Shown here in pieces: positions 8,998 through 19,396 of a stretch of 62,258 bases of DNA. Each line of letters opens with the position of its first letter. Within the stretch, counting starts at the first letter, position 1. The translations under genes and the position numbers were made by a program. The DNA lies in the NCBI GenBank assembly GCA_003158475.1, contig PMJR01000066.1, positions 1 through 62,258 of the forward strand. The letters run 5' to 3'. The notes below the pieces were generated by a model, which was given only the letters and a program-made list of their open reading frames with translations, did not search any database and had not been told where the DNA came from. This stretch comes from Ignavibacteriota bacterium (GTDB taxonomy: Bacteria > Bacteroidota > Ignavibacteria > UBA10030 > UBA6906).

Positions 8998-11900
8998 GAA
9001 CGTCTCCTTTTCCGTTGCGGAAGAGAATAAGGTAGAGAGCCGGGAGCGTGACAACGGTGAGGAACAACGCCGATGTCAATCCTCCCACAATCACCGTGGC
9101 GAGGGGACGTTGTACGTCCGATCCGATGCCCGTCGCACGCGCGGCCGGAATCAGCCCCAGGAGGGCGAGGAACATCGTCATCAGGTTCGGCCGGAGCTGG
9201 ATGATGGCTGCCTTCCGAACGGCATCTGCGACCGTGCATCCCTCGTCGTCGATCAGCCGGTTCGTCCTGGAGACGAACAACACGCCGGCGATGATCGACA
9301 CCCCGAAGAGGGATATGAACCCGACTCCGGCCGACACATTGAAGCTGTAACCCCGCAGCATCAGTGCGACGATTCCGCCCGCCAGGGCGAGCGGGATCCC
9401 GGCCATGGCGATGGCCACGTGCCGTAGGTTCCTGTAGAGCAGGAAAAGGATCAGGAAAATCATCCCGATGGTGAGCGGGATGACCACCGCGAGTCGCGCC
9501 GCAGCGCGGGAGAGGTTTTCGAACTGCCCCCCCCAGTCGAACGTGTATCCCTTCGGAAGCGTGACGGCCTGTGCCACCCGGTCCCTGGCCTCCGCAACGA
9601 AGCTCCCCTGATCGCGGCCGCGTATGTTCGTCCGGACCGATATCTGCCGCCTGCCATCCTCACGTTGTATGATCGTGGGCCCGTCGACCAGCCTGATTTC
9701 CGCCAGTTGCGACATCGCGGCGCGGGCCCCGGAAGGGGTCACCACAGTCATCCTCTTCACCGCGTCCACAGAGCTACGGAATTCAGACGAATACCGGACC
9801 ACGATGTCGAACCGGCGCTCGCCGTCGTAGAATTTGCTGACCGGCCTTCCCCCGACCGCCGCCTCGATCATCTTCTGGATATCGCTGACATTGACGCCGA
9901 ACCTTGCCGCCGCGGTCCTGTCGATTTCCACGGAGAGCTGCGCCTGGTTCCCTTCCTGCTCGATCCCCGATTCACTTGCGCCGGGGACGGACCGAATGAT
10001 CGCGAGGACCGAGTCCGCCTCCCGCCTCATCAGGTCGAGGTCCTCGCCGCTGATCAGGACCGCGAGATCGGCGACGCTCCCGGTGACCGCTTCGGTGACA
10101 TTGTCGAGGATCGGCTGTGAAAAGGAGAAGAGCGCACCCGGGATCGCCTGCTCGAGTTCGGACTTTATCCGCAGGAGGAGTTCCTTCTTGCTCACCGCCT
10201 TCGTCCAGCGGGAATAGTCTTCCAGTCCTACAAAGATCTCCAGCCGGTTTGGTCCGTACGGATCGGTTCCGTCGTCGTTGCGCCCGAGCTGGGTGAGGAC
10301 CACGTTGACCTGGGGATGGGCGCTGATCAGTTTCCTGATCACGGGGGTGTACTTGCCGGCCTCGCTGAGCGAAATTCCCACAGGGAAGAAGCAGCGTATG
10401 TTGAAGGATCCCTCGTCAAGTTCCGGGAGAAACTCGGTGCCGATGGAATGCGCCCCCGTCAACACGACCACGATCACGATGGCGGTCGCAGCCAGGACCG
10501 TGATCCAGGGGCGCCTGAGCACACGGCTGATCGTTCGTTCGTACCGCTGCTCGATCCAGGCGTACGCCGGGTTGTGCCACTCGATGTGCACCGGGCCTGC
10601 AGATTCGAAATGGCGACGGTAGAACATCGTCATCAGGACAGGGATCACCGTCAGCGCAAGCAACAGCGACCCGGTGATCGCGAACGCCAGAGTGTAGGCC
10701 ATGGGGGAGAAGAGCTTCCCCTCGACGCGCTGGAAGGAGAATATCGGCAGGTAGGCGAGTATGATAATGGCGATTGAAAAGAATATCTCCCGGCCTACCT
10801 CCTGCGCCGACGTCAGTGTGAACCGGATGATCCCCTCCCCCCGGTCGGCCGGGGTGGCGTCGCGGTAGCGTCGCATGATGTTCTCCACCATGACGACCGC
10901 CCCGTCGACGATGATCCCGAAGTCGATCGCGCCCAGGGAGAGGAGATTGGCGGGGATCCCCGTCAGGCGCATCATCGAGAATGCGAAAAGCATCGACACG
11001 GGGATCGTTGTGGCGACCACGAGCGCCGACCGCACGCTTCCGATGAAGAAGATCAGGACGATCAGGACGATGGAGATCCCCTCGAAGAGCGTTCCGGAGA
11101 CCGTGTCGATCGTGTAATCGACGAGCTGGCTCCGGTCATAGGTGATGCGGAGCGAAACGCCCGCCGGAAGATCGTTATCGTTGATCTCGCGCACCTTCTT
11201 CTTCAGAGCCTCGACAACGGCGGAGGGGTTTTCGCCCCTCCGCATGGCGACAAGCCCCTGGATCCCCGAAGAAACATCCTCGATCGTACCATCACTCCCG
11301 CGGATCGCATATCCCAGGGCCCCGGTAGGAGGGAGAGGGAATTCCTCCACGGTGCCGATATTCCTGATGAACACGGGGACGCCGTGCTGGACGGTGAGGA
11401 CGATGTTCTCGATGTCCTCCCTGTTCCTTATCGCGCCGATGCTCCTGACGGCGAATGCCTGCCCGCCCCTCTGGATGATATTCCCGCCGGTGTTCAGGTT
11501 GTTCGAGGTGACGGCATCGATGACGTTTTGGATCGTAATGTTGTACTGCTGAAGCCTGTCGGGGGAGGTTATGACGTGATACTGCTTCACCAGCCCCCCG
11601 AAATTGATAACATCGGCGACGCCCGGAACCTGAAGGAGTCTGGGGATGATGACCCAGTCCTGGAGCGTCCGGAGTTCCATCGGTGTGTGTTCATCGGTCG
11701 ATTCAATCACATAGCGGAAAATCTCTCCGACGGGGCCGGTCAACGGTCCGAGTGCGGGATTGACGCCGTCCGGGAGGACGGCATCGCCGAGTTTTTCAAG
11801 CACCCGCTGGCGTGCGAAATAGTCGTCGGTACCGTCTTCGAATGTAAGCTGAATGACCGAGAGGCCGAATATCGTTTTGGACCGGCGCGTGAGCACGCGG

Positions 11901-12130
11901 GGGACCGAGTTCAGAGCTCGTTCCAGCGGCTCGGTGATCTGCTGTTCGACTTCCGTCGCGGCGCGGCCGGGGAACAGCGTGATAACGGTAACCTGGGTGT
12001 CTCCGACATCGGGATATGCCTCCTTCTGAAGCTGGATCCAGGAGAAGACGCCGGTCGCGGCGATCGCCACGACGAGCCCGATCGTCGCGAGGCGCTGGTT
12101 GAGGGCAAAGGTGAGGAGCTGACGTATCAT
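8990..12130 (-). CDS. czcA: CusA/CzcA-family heavy-metal efflux RND transporter
   Basis: 1046 aa; [55 protein letters not shown]. Confidence 0.93.
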   Translation of the reverse strand: MIRQLLTFALNQRLATIGLVVAIAATGVFSWIQLQKEAYPDVGDTQVTVITLFPGRAATEVEQQITEPLERALNSVPRVLTRRSKTIFGLSVIQLTFEDGTDDYFARQRVLEKLGDAVLPDGVNPALGPLTGPVGEIFRYVIESTDEHTPMELRTLQDWVIIPRLLQVPGVADVINFGGLVKQYHVITSPDRLQQYNITIQNVIDAVTSNNLNTGGNIIQRGGQAFAVRSIGAIRNREDIENIVLTVQHGVPVFIRNIGTVEEFPLPPTGALGYAIRGSDGTIEDVSSGIQGLVAMRRGENPSAVVEALKKKVREINDNDLPAGVSLRITYDRSQLVDYTIDTVSGTLFEGISIVLIVLIFFIGSVRSALVVATTIPVSMLFAFSMMRLTGIPANLLSLGAIDFGIIVDGAVVMVENIMRRYRDATPADRGEGIIRFTLTSAQEVGREIFFSIAIIILAYLPIFSFQRVEGKLFSPMAYTLAFAITGSLLLALTVIPVLMTMFYRRHFESAGPVHIEWHNPAYAWIEQRYERTISRVLRRPWITVLAATAIVIVVVLTGAHSIGTEFLPELDEGSFNIRCFFPVGISLSEAGKYTPVIRKLISAHPQVNVVLTQLGRNDDGTDPYGPNRLEIFVGLEDYSRWTKAVSKKELLLRIKSELEQAIPGALFSFSQPILDNVTEAVTGSVADLAVLISGEDLDLMRREADSVLAIIRSVPGASESGIEQEGNQAQLSVEIDRTAAARFGVNVSDIQKMIEAAVGGRPVSKFYDGERRFDIVVRYSSEFRSSVDAVKRMTVVTPSGARAAMSQLAEIRLVDGPTIIQREDGRRQISVRTNIRGRDQGSFVAEARDRVAQAVTLPKGYTFDWGGQFENLSRAAARLAVVIPLTIGMIFLILFLLYRNLRHVAIAMAGIPLALAGGIVALMLRGYSFNVSAGVGFISLFGVSIIAGVLFVSRTNRLIDDEGCTVADAVRKAAIIQLRPNLMTMFLALLGLIPAARATGIGSDVQRPLATVIVGGLTSALFLTVVTLPALYLILFRNGKGDVHA

Positions 12131-12133
12131 TGG

Positions 12134-12230
12134 CTATTCCCGCCGGTTATTCCCGCCTAAAATCGGCGGGATTGTTACTCCCGCCTGAAATCAGCGTGAT
12201 TATTACTCCCGCCTGAATTCAGCGGGACTC
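12134..12230. repeat. 28-bp tandem palindromic (REP-like) repeat, 3 full copies plus a partial
   Basis: TTATTCCCGCCTAAAATCGGCGGGATTG (12147), TTACTCCCGCCTGAAATCAGCGTGATTA (12175), TTACTCCCGCCTGAATTCAGCGGGACTC (12203); partial copy at 12134. Confidence 0.85.
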
Positions 12231-13226
12231 TTAGTACCCGAAACTCAGGCCCTTGAGGAGCATGGCTCCGTCGGTGACCACCCGTTCGCCGTCCGAGAGA
12301 CCCTTCAGCACGATCACGTCCCCCGCCCCGGAGGAACCTATGGTGATCTGGCGGCGCACGAACTCCGAGTCATTGAGTTGTATGAAGGCGTAGTCCGCCC
12401 CCTCGACGGTCACCACGCCTGATGCGGGCAAGAGCACGATCCCGCTTATCGGATCTCCGAAATCGACGCGGGCGAACATTCCCGGGAGGATCCGGCCCCT
12501 GGGATTGGGCATGGAGACACGCACCTTGACCGTGCGGGTGACAGGATCGACAACCTCGCCGATTGCGTCCGCCCGCCCCCGGAACTTCCCGTCGGGGAAT
12601 GACGCGAGCTGTATCGGGACATCTTCCCCTCTCTGCACCTCGTTGAGTTGCGATTCGGGGACGTCGCACATGAGCCATGCCGTCCCCGGGGGGATTGTGT
12701 CAAACTCCGGGGGGTTATACCCCAGGCCCCGAAGCTTCGATTCGCTCTCCGCCATCGCCGCCTTGGCGGTCGCCGCCTCGTTCTCGGCTTCGTTCAGATC
12801 TTTCGCCGTCGCGGCCTGGTTCTGAAACATGTCCTTGATCCTTGAGAGATTCTTGGAGGCGCGCGCGACGTTCGCGCTCGCCTGGCGGTACTGGGAATAA
12901 AGCGACGTGACGTCCGGCGAGTCGAACATCACGATCCTGTCGTTCGAGCTCAGTCCGGGCACAATGCTCGCGACGACCCGGGCGGGGGCGATGACGGGAA
13001 TGGTGGCGGTCCGTTTTTCCACCATCGCGGATGTGATCCGGCTGAGTCCGGGACTCCCCGACGGGAACCTGATACTTGTCCCGCCCTCGTTCACTTCCGC
13101 GCGCCGCGAGGTTTGCTGGTGGCGAGAGGCGGCCATGTCGTCGCCGTTGCAACCGCACATGAGTGCCGCGCCTGCCAGGATGCACGGGAGGGTCTGCATA
13201 AGAGTGAAGAGACGAGTGGCGTTCAT
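12231..13226 (-). CDS. czcB: RND periplasmic adaptor (CzcB-like), probable lipoprotein
   Basis: VVDPVTRTVKVRV...PGMFARV, GLSDGERVVTDGA; lipobox-like LMCGC. Confidence 0.88.
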   Translation of the reverse strand: MNATRLFTLMQTLPCILAGAALMCGCNGDDMAASRHQQTSRRAEVNEGGTSIRFPSGSPGLSRITSAMVEKRTATIPVIAPARVVASIVPGLSSNDRIVMFDSPDVTSLYSQYRQASANVARASKNLSRIKDMFQNQAATAKDLNEAENEAATAKAAMAESESKLRGLGYNPPEFDTIPPGTAWLMCDVPESQLNEVQRGEDVPIQLASFPDGKFRGRADAIGEVVDPVTRTVKVRVSMPNPRGRILPGMFARVDFGDPISGIVLLPASGVVTVEGADYAFIQLNDSEFVRRQITIGSSGAGDVIVLKGLSDGERVVTDGAMLLKGLSFGY

Positions 13227-13237
13227 GGTGATGTCCT

Positions 13238-14515
13238 TCAAGGCTGGAAAAGGTCTGTTCCTGTGACGTAGTTGAGCATTTCCATCGCGTCGGCACGGTC
13301 GTTCCCGAGCTGGTTCATCTGGAGCATGCTCGTGCGGTACGACTCGATGAAATCCGTAAACTCGATGACGCTCATGTTCCTTTTCTGGTAATTCGCAATC
13401 ATGCCGTCCACGAGCTCGCGGTACTGGAGCGGGAACCTCCGGTCGAACGAGCGGTACAGGCGTTCCAGGTCCGAAGCTCTTCGCAGGGCGGCGGCCACCT
13501 CCTCCAGCACCGACGCACGGTAATTGTCGTGCACCGCCCTGTCCGCCTCCAGCGTCCTGGCGGATACATCGATGTTCCCCTGGTTCCTGTTGAACAAGGG
13601 GAGATCGATCGAGAACGTGAGGGCATAGTAATCGGGGATGTAGCTGCCGGCACGGGACCAGAGGCCGCCTACCGTCAGGTCGGGCGTCGCCAGGGATTTC
13701 TGGTACTCCAGGTTGGCTTCCTCCCGCAGCACCGTGCCGTTCGCCTTCCTGAGGTCCGGCCGGTTCGCGAGTGCCGCAGCGGCGACGTCGGCGTACTGCA
13801 AAGAGTCCGGCCTGAACATTTCAAGCCGTTCGGCGTTGATTTTGGGGATGTAGATTTTCCGCACGCCCGCAGTGTCGCGGAGAAGCACCCGCAGGCTTGA
13901 CTCTATATCTGCGACCTTCCCGAGGAGGCCGAGACGCTCGTTCTGAAGCGAAAAGAGGAGCGATTTCAGCCGGAGGAGCTCCGCCAGGAGTATGGACCGT
14001 CTTTCGTACACGCCTTCGGTGACTGTCACGGTCTTCGTCAGCGTGGCGATGCTTTCGTCGTAGAAGCCGAGGGACTGGTGAAGGTAGTAGAGATCGTACA
14101 GATCGGTCCGCAGCTTGAGTTTGAGGGCCCGCATGACGTCATAGAAATCGTTGCCTGCATTCTCCGCATCGATTTCGGCGAGGCGGACCTGCTTGCCGCG
14201 TTTCCCCGCCAGGAGGAGGAGCTGCTGGATCTGGACCCCCGAATTCCCGCTGGCGGAAACGTCGAACCACCGCCCCGTATACTGGTTATGGATGTTCTGT
14301 TCGACGGAGAGGTTCGGGTTGTTCCAGAGCCCCGCCTGCGAGACGGCAGCCCGGGCGGCATCGATGTTGAACCTCGCGGCGACGAGCTGCAGGTTCCTCT
14401 GGAGGAACTGCTGTTCCGCGTCCTGAACGGCAATACGGATCGTGTCCGCCTGAGAGAATGCTCCCCGCGGTGCCAGCATGCACATGACCCACATCAGGGG
14501 AAGAATGCGGCGCAT
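13238..14515 (-). CDS. czcC: TolC-family outer-membrane efflux protein (CzcC-like)
   Basis: Signal peptide, NPNL, LAGKRGK, ANRPDL, DLPLFNRNQGNI. Confidence 0.9.
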   Translation of the reverse strand: MRRILPLMWVMCMLAPRGAFSQADTIRIAVQDAEQQFLQRNLQLVAARFNIDAARAAVSQAGLWNNPNLSVEQNIHNQYTGRWFDVSASGNSGVQIQQLLLLAGKRGKQVRLAEIDAENAGNDFYDVMRALKLKLRTDLYDLYYLHQSLGFYDESIATLTKTVTVTEGVYERRSILLAELLRLKSLLFSLQNERLGLLGKVADIESSLRVLLRDTAGVRKIYIPKINAERLEMFRPDSLQYADVAAAALANRPDLRKANGTVLREEANLEYQKSLATPDLTVGGLWSRAGSYIPDYYALTFSIDLPLFNRNQGNIDVSARTLEADRAVHDNYRASVLEEVAAALRRASDLERLYRSFDRRFPLQYRELVDGMIANYQKRNMSVIEFTDFIESYRTSMLQMNQLGNDRADAMEMLNYVTGTDLFQP

Positions 14516-14554
14516 AGAATCAATCTCTTTGTGGTTAATGACAACTCGCTGCAG

Positions 14555-14640
14555 TGTGCGCGTACGGTCCGCGCGGTAGGCACCCATGTCATGAGGGGAG
14601 GCATGAGGGCGTGACCGCTCAGTGGACCGGCACGTGCACA
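14555..14640 (-). other. Long imperfect hairpin between the upstream ORF and czcC
   Basis: TGTGCGCGTACGGTCC (14555-14570) is near-complementary to GGACCGGCACGTGCACA (14624-14640); inner GCGGT/ACCGC pairing. Confidence 0.55.
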
Positions 14641-14665
14641 GGATATCGCGGGGGAGGGGAGCGGA

Positions 14666-15040
14666 CTAAATGAGGAGCGCGCGGAGCTTGATATGGAGTG
14701 CGTTGACGGCGAAGACCATTTCATAGGAAACAGTCTTCTCGCCTGAGAACATTGACTGACCTACGAGCGAAGAGGCATCCGACTCCGCAGCCAGCGAGGG
14801 GCTGTCCTGGTCGAGTATGAGGCGAACCGGGGAGGGGGGAAATTTTCCCTGTGAGTCGGGTGACGACCGGTCGGGAGAGGGGATCGACCCGTACGGCGCC
14901 GAGGCGGCATCGTCGTCGTGTATGACGTAGTTGGAAGAGAAGATGTCGTCAAGATTTGCCGCATCTGCAAACAACGTGGCGGCGAACGCCCAGCTCACGA
15001 TCAGAAAAAGCCTGGAGCGCCGTTTGACGAATCGATTCAT
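14666..15040 (-). CDS. Small hypothetical protein heading the efflux operon (possible leader protein)
   Basis: Basic-hydrophobic N-terminus, acidic/Pro-Ser-rich middle, C-terminal IKLRALLI; lies right after a strong promoter. Confidence 0.6.
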   Translation of the reverse strand: MNRFVKRRSRLFLIVSWAFAATLFADAANLDDIFSSNYVIHDDDAASAPYGSIPSPDRSSPDSQGKFPPSPVRLILDQDSPSLAAESDASSLVGQSMFSGEKTVSYEMVFAVNALHIKLRALLI

Positions 15041-15081
15041 GAAAACAGGATGATTGACGGTGAGAACATCCGGAACAGGCA

Positions 15082-15110
15082 AATGTACTATACAGGGAGA
15101 ACATTGTCAA
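15082..15110 (-). promoter_or_regulatory. sigma70-type promoter of the efflux operon
   Basis: TTGACA-N17-TACATT. Confidence 0.65.
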
Positions 15111-15191
15111 CGTCTCTCAGGTTCCCCGCCCGGGGGAGTTCCCCGCTCGGGGAGTGAAAAATGACTGTTCCGCCTGCGGGACGGAAGGGAG

Positions 15192-15241
15192 TTGATTGTT
15201 GGGGGCGTTGGCCCTATTTTACATTCATTGTACGATACCAT
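15192..15241 (+). promoter_or_regulatory. Promoter and candidate operator of the hexuronate operon
   Basis: TTGATT-N17-TATTTT (15192-15220); pseudo-palindrome ATTGTACGATACCAT (15227-15241). Confidence 0.45.
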
Positions 15242-15254
15242 CGTCCATAACAAC

Positions 15255-16517
15255 ATGAGACTGGAAAAATACTCTCTCGGCATCGGAGACAGGTTCGGTC
15301 TTCAGGGTACGCACCAGCTACGGGCATTCCGGATGGCGGCGGAGAAAGGGCTGCAGATCTCCCCCGTCTGGAACAAATCAAACCGCGAGCACGCGATCAT
15401 CGGCACGCATCCCTCCGATACGCGCGCGGAGGCGGACGAGGCGGTCAGAGATCTCGGGTGGCGGGGAGCGTACTTCGTTGATGCGGACCATATCGGGGCT
15501 GCGACGGTGGAGAGGTTCATCGACTCGAGCGACTTTTTTACGATCGATGTCGCAGAGTTCATCGGGACGCCCGCCTCGGGGGATGCCGTCAGGACATTTC
15601 TCGGCGCCATGGCGCCCCTTACCGGAGCGATAGTCGTCCCCGGGCTTGACGAGCCGATGAATGTCGATGAGTCGCTCCTCCGCGCAGTTGCCGCCAAATA
15701 CCTTAACGCCGTGAAGGAGGCCGGGCGCGTCTACCGCATGATACTCTCGGGACGGCGCGGGAAGGAGTTCATCCCGGAGGTGTCTCTCGATGAGTCGGAC
15801 GCTCCGCAGTCGCCGGAAGAGCTTCTTTTCATTCTGGGGGCCATCGGCGCGGAGGGGATACCCGTCCGGACGATTGCCCCGAAATTCACAGGTTCATTTC
15901 TGAAGGGGATCGATTACGTCGGGGACAGGGGGGCGTTCGCCCGCGAGTTCGAACAGGACCTCGCAGTCGTTGCATTTGCGGCCGGATCCTTTCATCTTCC
16001 GGGGGACCTCAAGCTCTCGGTCCACACCGGAAGCGACAAGTTCTCCCTCTACCCCCTGATGCACAGGGCGATCAGGAGATTTGACGCCGGTCTCCATCTG
16101 AAGACCGCCGGGACGACGTGGTTGGAAGAGGTGATAGGGCTCGCGGAGGCGGGGGGGGAAGGCCTCCGGGCTGCGAAGGAAATCTATACGCTCTCGCTCG
16201 GCAGGTTCGACGAACTTTGCGGTCCCTATCTCCAGGTCATCAGCATCGACAGGTCGAAGCTCCCTTCTCCGGCGGAAGTGGCAACATGGTCGGGGGACGT
16301 CTTTGCCGGTGCGCTGCGTCACGACCCGGTTCACCCGGGGTTCAACCCGAACTTCCGCCAGCTCATCCATGTCGGTTACAAGGTTGCGGCGGAAATGGGC
16401 CACCGGTTCACAGACCTCCTGCGACACAACGCAGTTCCGGTCGGGAGAAACGTCACGTACAATCTCTACCACCGTCACATCGTGCCGCTGTTCCTGGGAG
16501 CGGGCAACCCGGATTGA
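15255..16517 (+). CDS. uxaE: Tagaturonate/fructuronate epimerase
   Basis: SLGIGDRFG, VDADHI, EVSLDE, KLSVHTGSDKF, HLKTAGTTWLEE. Confidence 0.9.
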   Translation: MRLEKYSLGIGDRFGLQGTHQLRAFRMAAEKGLQISPVWNKSNREHAIIGTHPSDTRAEADEAVRDLGWRGAYFVDADHIGAATVERFIDSSDFFTIDVAEFIGTPASGDAVRTFLGAMAPLTGAIVVPGLDEPMNVDESLLRAVAAKYLNAVKEAGRVYRMILSGRRGKEFIPEVSLDESDAPQSPEELLFILGAIGAEGIPVRTIAPKFTGSFLKGIDYVGDRGAFAREFEQDLAVVAFAAGSFHLPGDLKLSVHTGSDKFSLYPLMHRAIRRFDAGLHLKTAGTTWLEEVIGLAEAGGEGLRAAKEIYTLSLGRFDELCGPYLQVISIDRSKLPSPAEVATWSGDVFAGALRHDPVHPGFNPNFRQLIHVGYKVAAEMGHRFTDLLRHNAVPVGRNVTYNLYHRHIVPLFLGAGNPD

Positions 16518-16519
16518 GA

Positions 16520-17989
16520 ATGGGAACAACATTCATCAATGATGATTTCCTCCTCGGCACGAGGTATGCCAGGGAGCTCTATCATGCGTATGCCGCCACG
16601 CTGCCGGTGATCGACTACCACTCCCATCTTCCCCCGGGTGAGATCTCCGGGGACAGGCGGTTCGATACGATGACGCAGATCTGGCTCTCGGGGGACCACT
16701 ACAAGTGGCGGGCGATGAGGACGTGCGGCGTCGATGAGAGATTCATCACCGGGAACGGCTCCGACTGGGAAAAATTCGAAAAATGGGCGGAGACCGTCCC
16801 CAGGACACTCCGTAACCCGCTGTACCACTGGACGCACCTCGAACTTCGCCGGCCTTTCGGTGTGGAAGACAGGCTCCTCGATCCCTCGACGGCGAAAGGG
16901 ATCTGGGACGAGTGCAATGCGAAACTTGCATCGGCCGGGTTCTCCGTCAGGGGAATACTCGCCCGGATGAACGTCGAGGTCGTCTGCACTGTCGATGATC
17001 CTGTCGACACGCTCGAATATCATGCGCTCATGATGGGTGATCAATCGCTCAATGTGCAGGTGCTCCCCACATTCCGCCCGGACAGGGGCCTGGCGGTGGA
17101 AAACCCCGCGTCATTCATCGCCTATTGCAGGGAGCTCACGGCGTCGTCGGGAACTGAGATATCTTCCTATCCGGACTTCATTGCAGCGCTGAAGTCGCGG
17201 CATGACTTCTTCCACAGCCGGGGGTGCAGGCTCTCGGACCACGGGATCGAGACCGCGTACGCAGCGGAGTACTCCCCGGTGGGCGTAGAGACCGCCTTCA
17301 AGCGGCTTCTCCGGGGTGCGAGTCTCGATCCCGTGTCCCTTCTCGGTCTCAAGTCCTCCATCCTCCACGACCTGGCGGTGATGGACTGGGAAAAGGGATG
17401 GGTGCAGCAGTACCATATCGGTGCGCTGAGGAACACGAATTCCCGGATGATGCGGACGCTGGGTCCGGACACGGGGTTCGACTCCATCGGCGATTCCGAG
17501 GTTGCCCGACCGCTTGCGCGCTTCCTCGATTCACTCGACAGGGACGACCATCTTGCACGGACGGTCCTGTTCAACTTGAATCCCCGGGACAACGAGGTGT
17601 TCGCCACCATGGCAGGAAATTTCCAGGACGGCTCCGTCCCCGGAAAGATCCAGTACGGCCCCGCCTGGTGGTTCCTGGACCAGTCCAACGGCATGACGGG
17701 ACAGATCGAGGCTCTTTCCCATATGGGAGTCCTGAGCCAGTTCATTGGCATGGTGACTGATTCACGGAGCTTCCTCTCGTACCCGCGTCATGAGTATTTC
17801 CGCCGACTCCTCTGCGGGCTCCTCGGGGATGACATGGCCAACGGGTTGCTCCCCGGCGACGTCGGTCTGGTCGGGAACATGGTGCGGGACATCTGCTACT
17901 TTAATGCGAAGCGCTATTTCAGATTTCCGGACCGCCCCCGATCGCCGGCGGTTCCCTCACCCCCCTCCCCCACGAGGTCCCGGGCTTGA
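16520..17989 (+). CDS. uxaC: Glucuronate isomerase
   Basis: IDYHSHL, GDHYKWRAMR, NPLYHWTHLEL, AWWFLD, TDSRSFLSYPRHEYFRR. Confidence 0.96.
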   Translation: MGTTFINDDFLLGTRYARELYHAYAATLPVIDYHSHLPPGEISGDRRFDTMTQIWLSGDHYKWRAMRTCGVDERFITGNGSDWEKFEKWAETVPRTLRNPLYHWTHLELRRPFGVEDRLLDPSTAKGIWDECNAKLASAGFSVRGILARMNVEVVCTVDDPVDTLEYHALMMGDQSLNVQVLPTFRPDRGLAVENPASFIAYCRELTASSGTEISSYPDFIAALKSRHDFFHSRGCRLSDHGIETAYAAEYSPVGVETAFKRLLRGASLDPVSLLGLKSSILHDLAVMDWEKGWVQQYHIGALRNTNSRMMRTLGPDTGFDSIGDSEVARPLARFLDSLDRDDHLARTVLFNLNPRDNEVFATMAGNFQDGSVPGKIQYGPAWWFLDQSNGMTGQIEALSHMGVLSQFIGMVTDSRSFLSYPRHEYFRRLLCGLLGDDMANGLLPGDVGLVGNMVRDICYFNAKRYFRFPDRPRSPAVPSPPSPTRSRA

Positions 17990-18087
17990 AAACCTACGGA
18001 GTGAAAAACCGATGACTGCACTGTTCGATCTCGGGGGGAAAACCGGGAATTCTCCCGCAGGGATCCAGTGAATATGCAAGAACTGAA

Positions 18088-19392
18088 GTGAATACGACGA
18101 CGGTTGAACGCGCCGGCGCCCGTGGAGAAGTGGCGGGGACGGTGGGCCGGTACAGGTGGGTAATCTGCGCACTCCTTTTCTTCGCGACAACGATCAACTA
18201 CATCGACCGCCAGGCGATCGGAATACTGGCGCCTTTGCTCCAGAAGGAGATCGGCTGGAACGAGATAGAGTACGGATATATCGTGACCGCGTTCCAGGCG
18301 GCATATGCGCTCGGGCTTCTTGTTGCCGGAAGGCTGATCGACAGGTACGGCACGAAAATCGGGTACTCCGTCGCAATCGTACTCTGGAGTCTGGCCGCCA
18401 TGGCGCATGCCGTCACGCGCTCCGCGGCGGGGTTCGGAGCCGCGCGGTTTGCGCTGGGGCTCGGTGAGTCGGCGAATTTTCCGGCGGCGGTCAAGGCAAT
18501 CGCCGAATGGTTCCCGAAGAGAGAGCGGGCACTGGCGACGGGGGTCTTCAACTCGGGGGCGAACATTGGTGCCGTCGTTGCTCCCCTGACTGTCCCTTTT
18601 CTCGCTGTCACGTATGGCTGGCAGGCGGCGTTCATCGTGACGGGGCTCCTGGGATTTATCTGGCTCATTTTCTGGATCCTCGTCTACGAACGGCCCGAAA
18701 CACACAGGAAGCTCTCCCCGGCCGAACTCGGATATATCAGGAGCGATCCCCCCGATCCCGCTTCCGGGAAAATCCCGTGGGCGGGCCTCCTCAGGTACAG
18801 GCAGACCTGGGCGTTCGTGGCCGGGAAATTCCTCACCGATCCGATATGGTGGTTCTATCTCTACTGGCTCCCGAAGTTCTTGAACAAAACCTACGGACTC
18901 ACGCTCACTGACCTCGGAGTGCCCCTTGTCGTCATTTATACGATGACGAGCATCGGGAGCATCGGGGGGGGGTGGCTCTCTTCCAGGTTCATCGCGCAGG
19001 GCTGGCCGGTCGGCCGGGCCAGGAAGACCGTCATGCTCATCTGTGCTCTCCTGATCGTGCCTATCGTCTCCGCCGCGAGCGTTGCCGACCTCTGGGTCGC
19101 CGTCGCTCTGATCGGCGTTGCCGCCGCCGCACATCAGGGATGGTCGGCCAACCTTTTCACGACGGCCTCCGACATGTTCCCCAGGGATGCGGTCGGCTCG
19201 GTGGTGGGACTGGGGGGAATGGCGGGTGCAGTCGGAGGGATGCTCCTTGCGACGTCCGCGGGGTTCCTGCTGGAATGGACCGGGAGTTATATGACGCTCT
19301 TCATTATTTCAGGGAGCGTGTACCTTGTCGCGCTGTTCATCATCCATAGGCTGGTCCCGACTCTCGAGCCGGTAAAGATCGAGGCAGGGTGA
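18088..19392 (+). CDS. exuT: Hexuronate MFS transporter
   Basis: INYIDRQ, EWFPKRERALATGVFNSG, TDPIWWFYLYWLP, AAHQGWSAN. Confidence 0.9.
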   Translation: MNTTTVERAGARGEVAGTVGRYRWVICALLFFATTINYIDRQAIGILAPLLQKEIGWNEIEYGYIVTAFQAAYALGLLVAGRLIDRYGTKIGYSVAIVLWSLAAMAHAVTRSAAGFGAARFALGLGESANFPAAVKAIAEWFPKRERALATGVFNSGANIGAVVAPLTVPFLAVTYGWQAAFIVTGLLGFIWLIFWILVYERPETHRKLSPAELGYIRSDPPDPASGKIPWAGLLRYRQTWAFVAGKFLTDPIWWFYLYWLPKFLNKTYGLTLTDLGVPLVVIYTMTSIGSIGGGWLSSRFIAQGWPVGRARKTVMLICALLIVPIVSAASVADLWVAVALIGVAAAAHQGWSANLFTTASDMFPRDAVGSVVGLGGMAGAVGGMLLATSAGFLLEWTGSYMTLFIISGSVYLVALFIIHRLVPTLEPVKIEAG

Positions 19393-19396
19393 GACA

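Noticed and set aside
12134-12230. Possible mini-CRISPR array
   Set aside because: Units are contiguous with no unique spacers, and no cas genes are in the window
14516-14665. Known NiCo or fluoride riboswitch
   Set aside because: Consensus nucleotides not recognised by eye; kept only as an unassigned hairpin
15121-15154. GTTCCCCGC...GGGGAG doublet resembling a type I-E CRISPR repeat
   Set aside because: Only two adjacent short hairpins with no spacer
16118-16519. N-terminal extensions in the ORF track (uxaC; likewise hemA, hemB, hemL, ccsA, lepB, ispE)
   Set aside because: They overlap upstream genes or promoters; family homology begins at downstream starts
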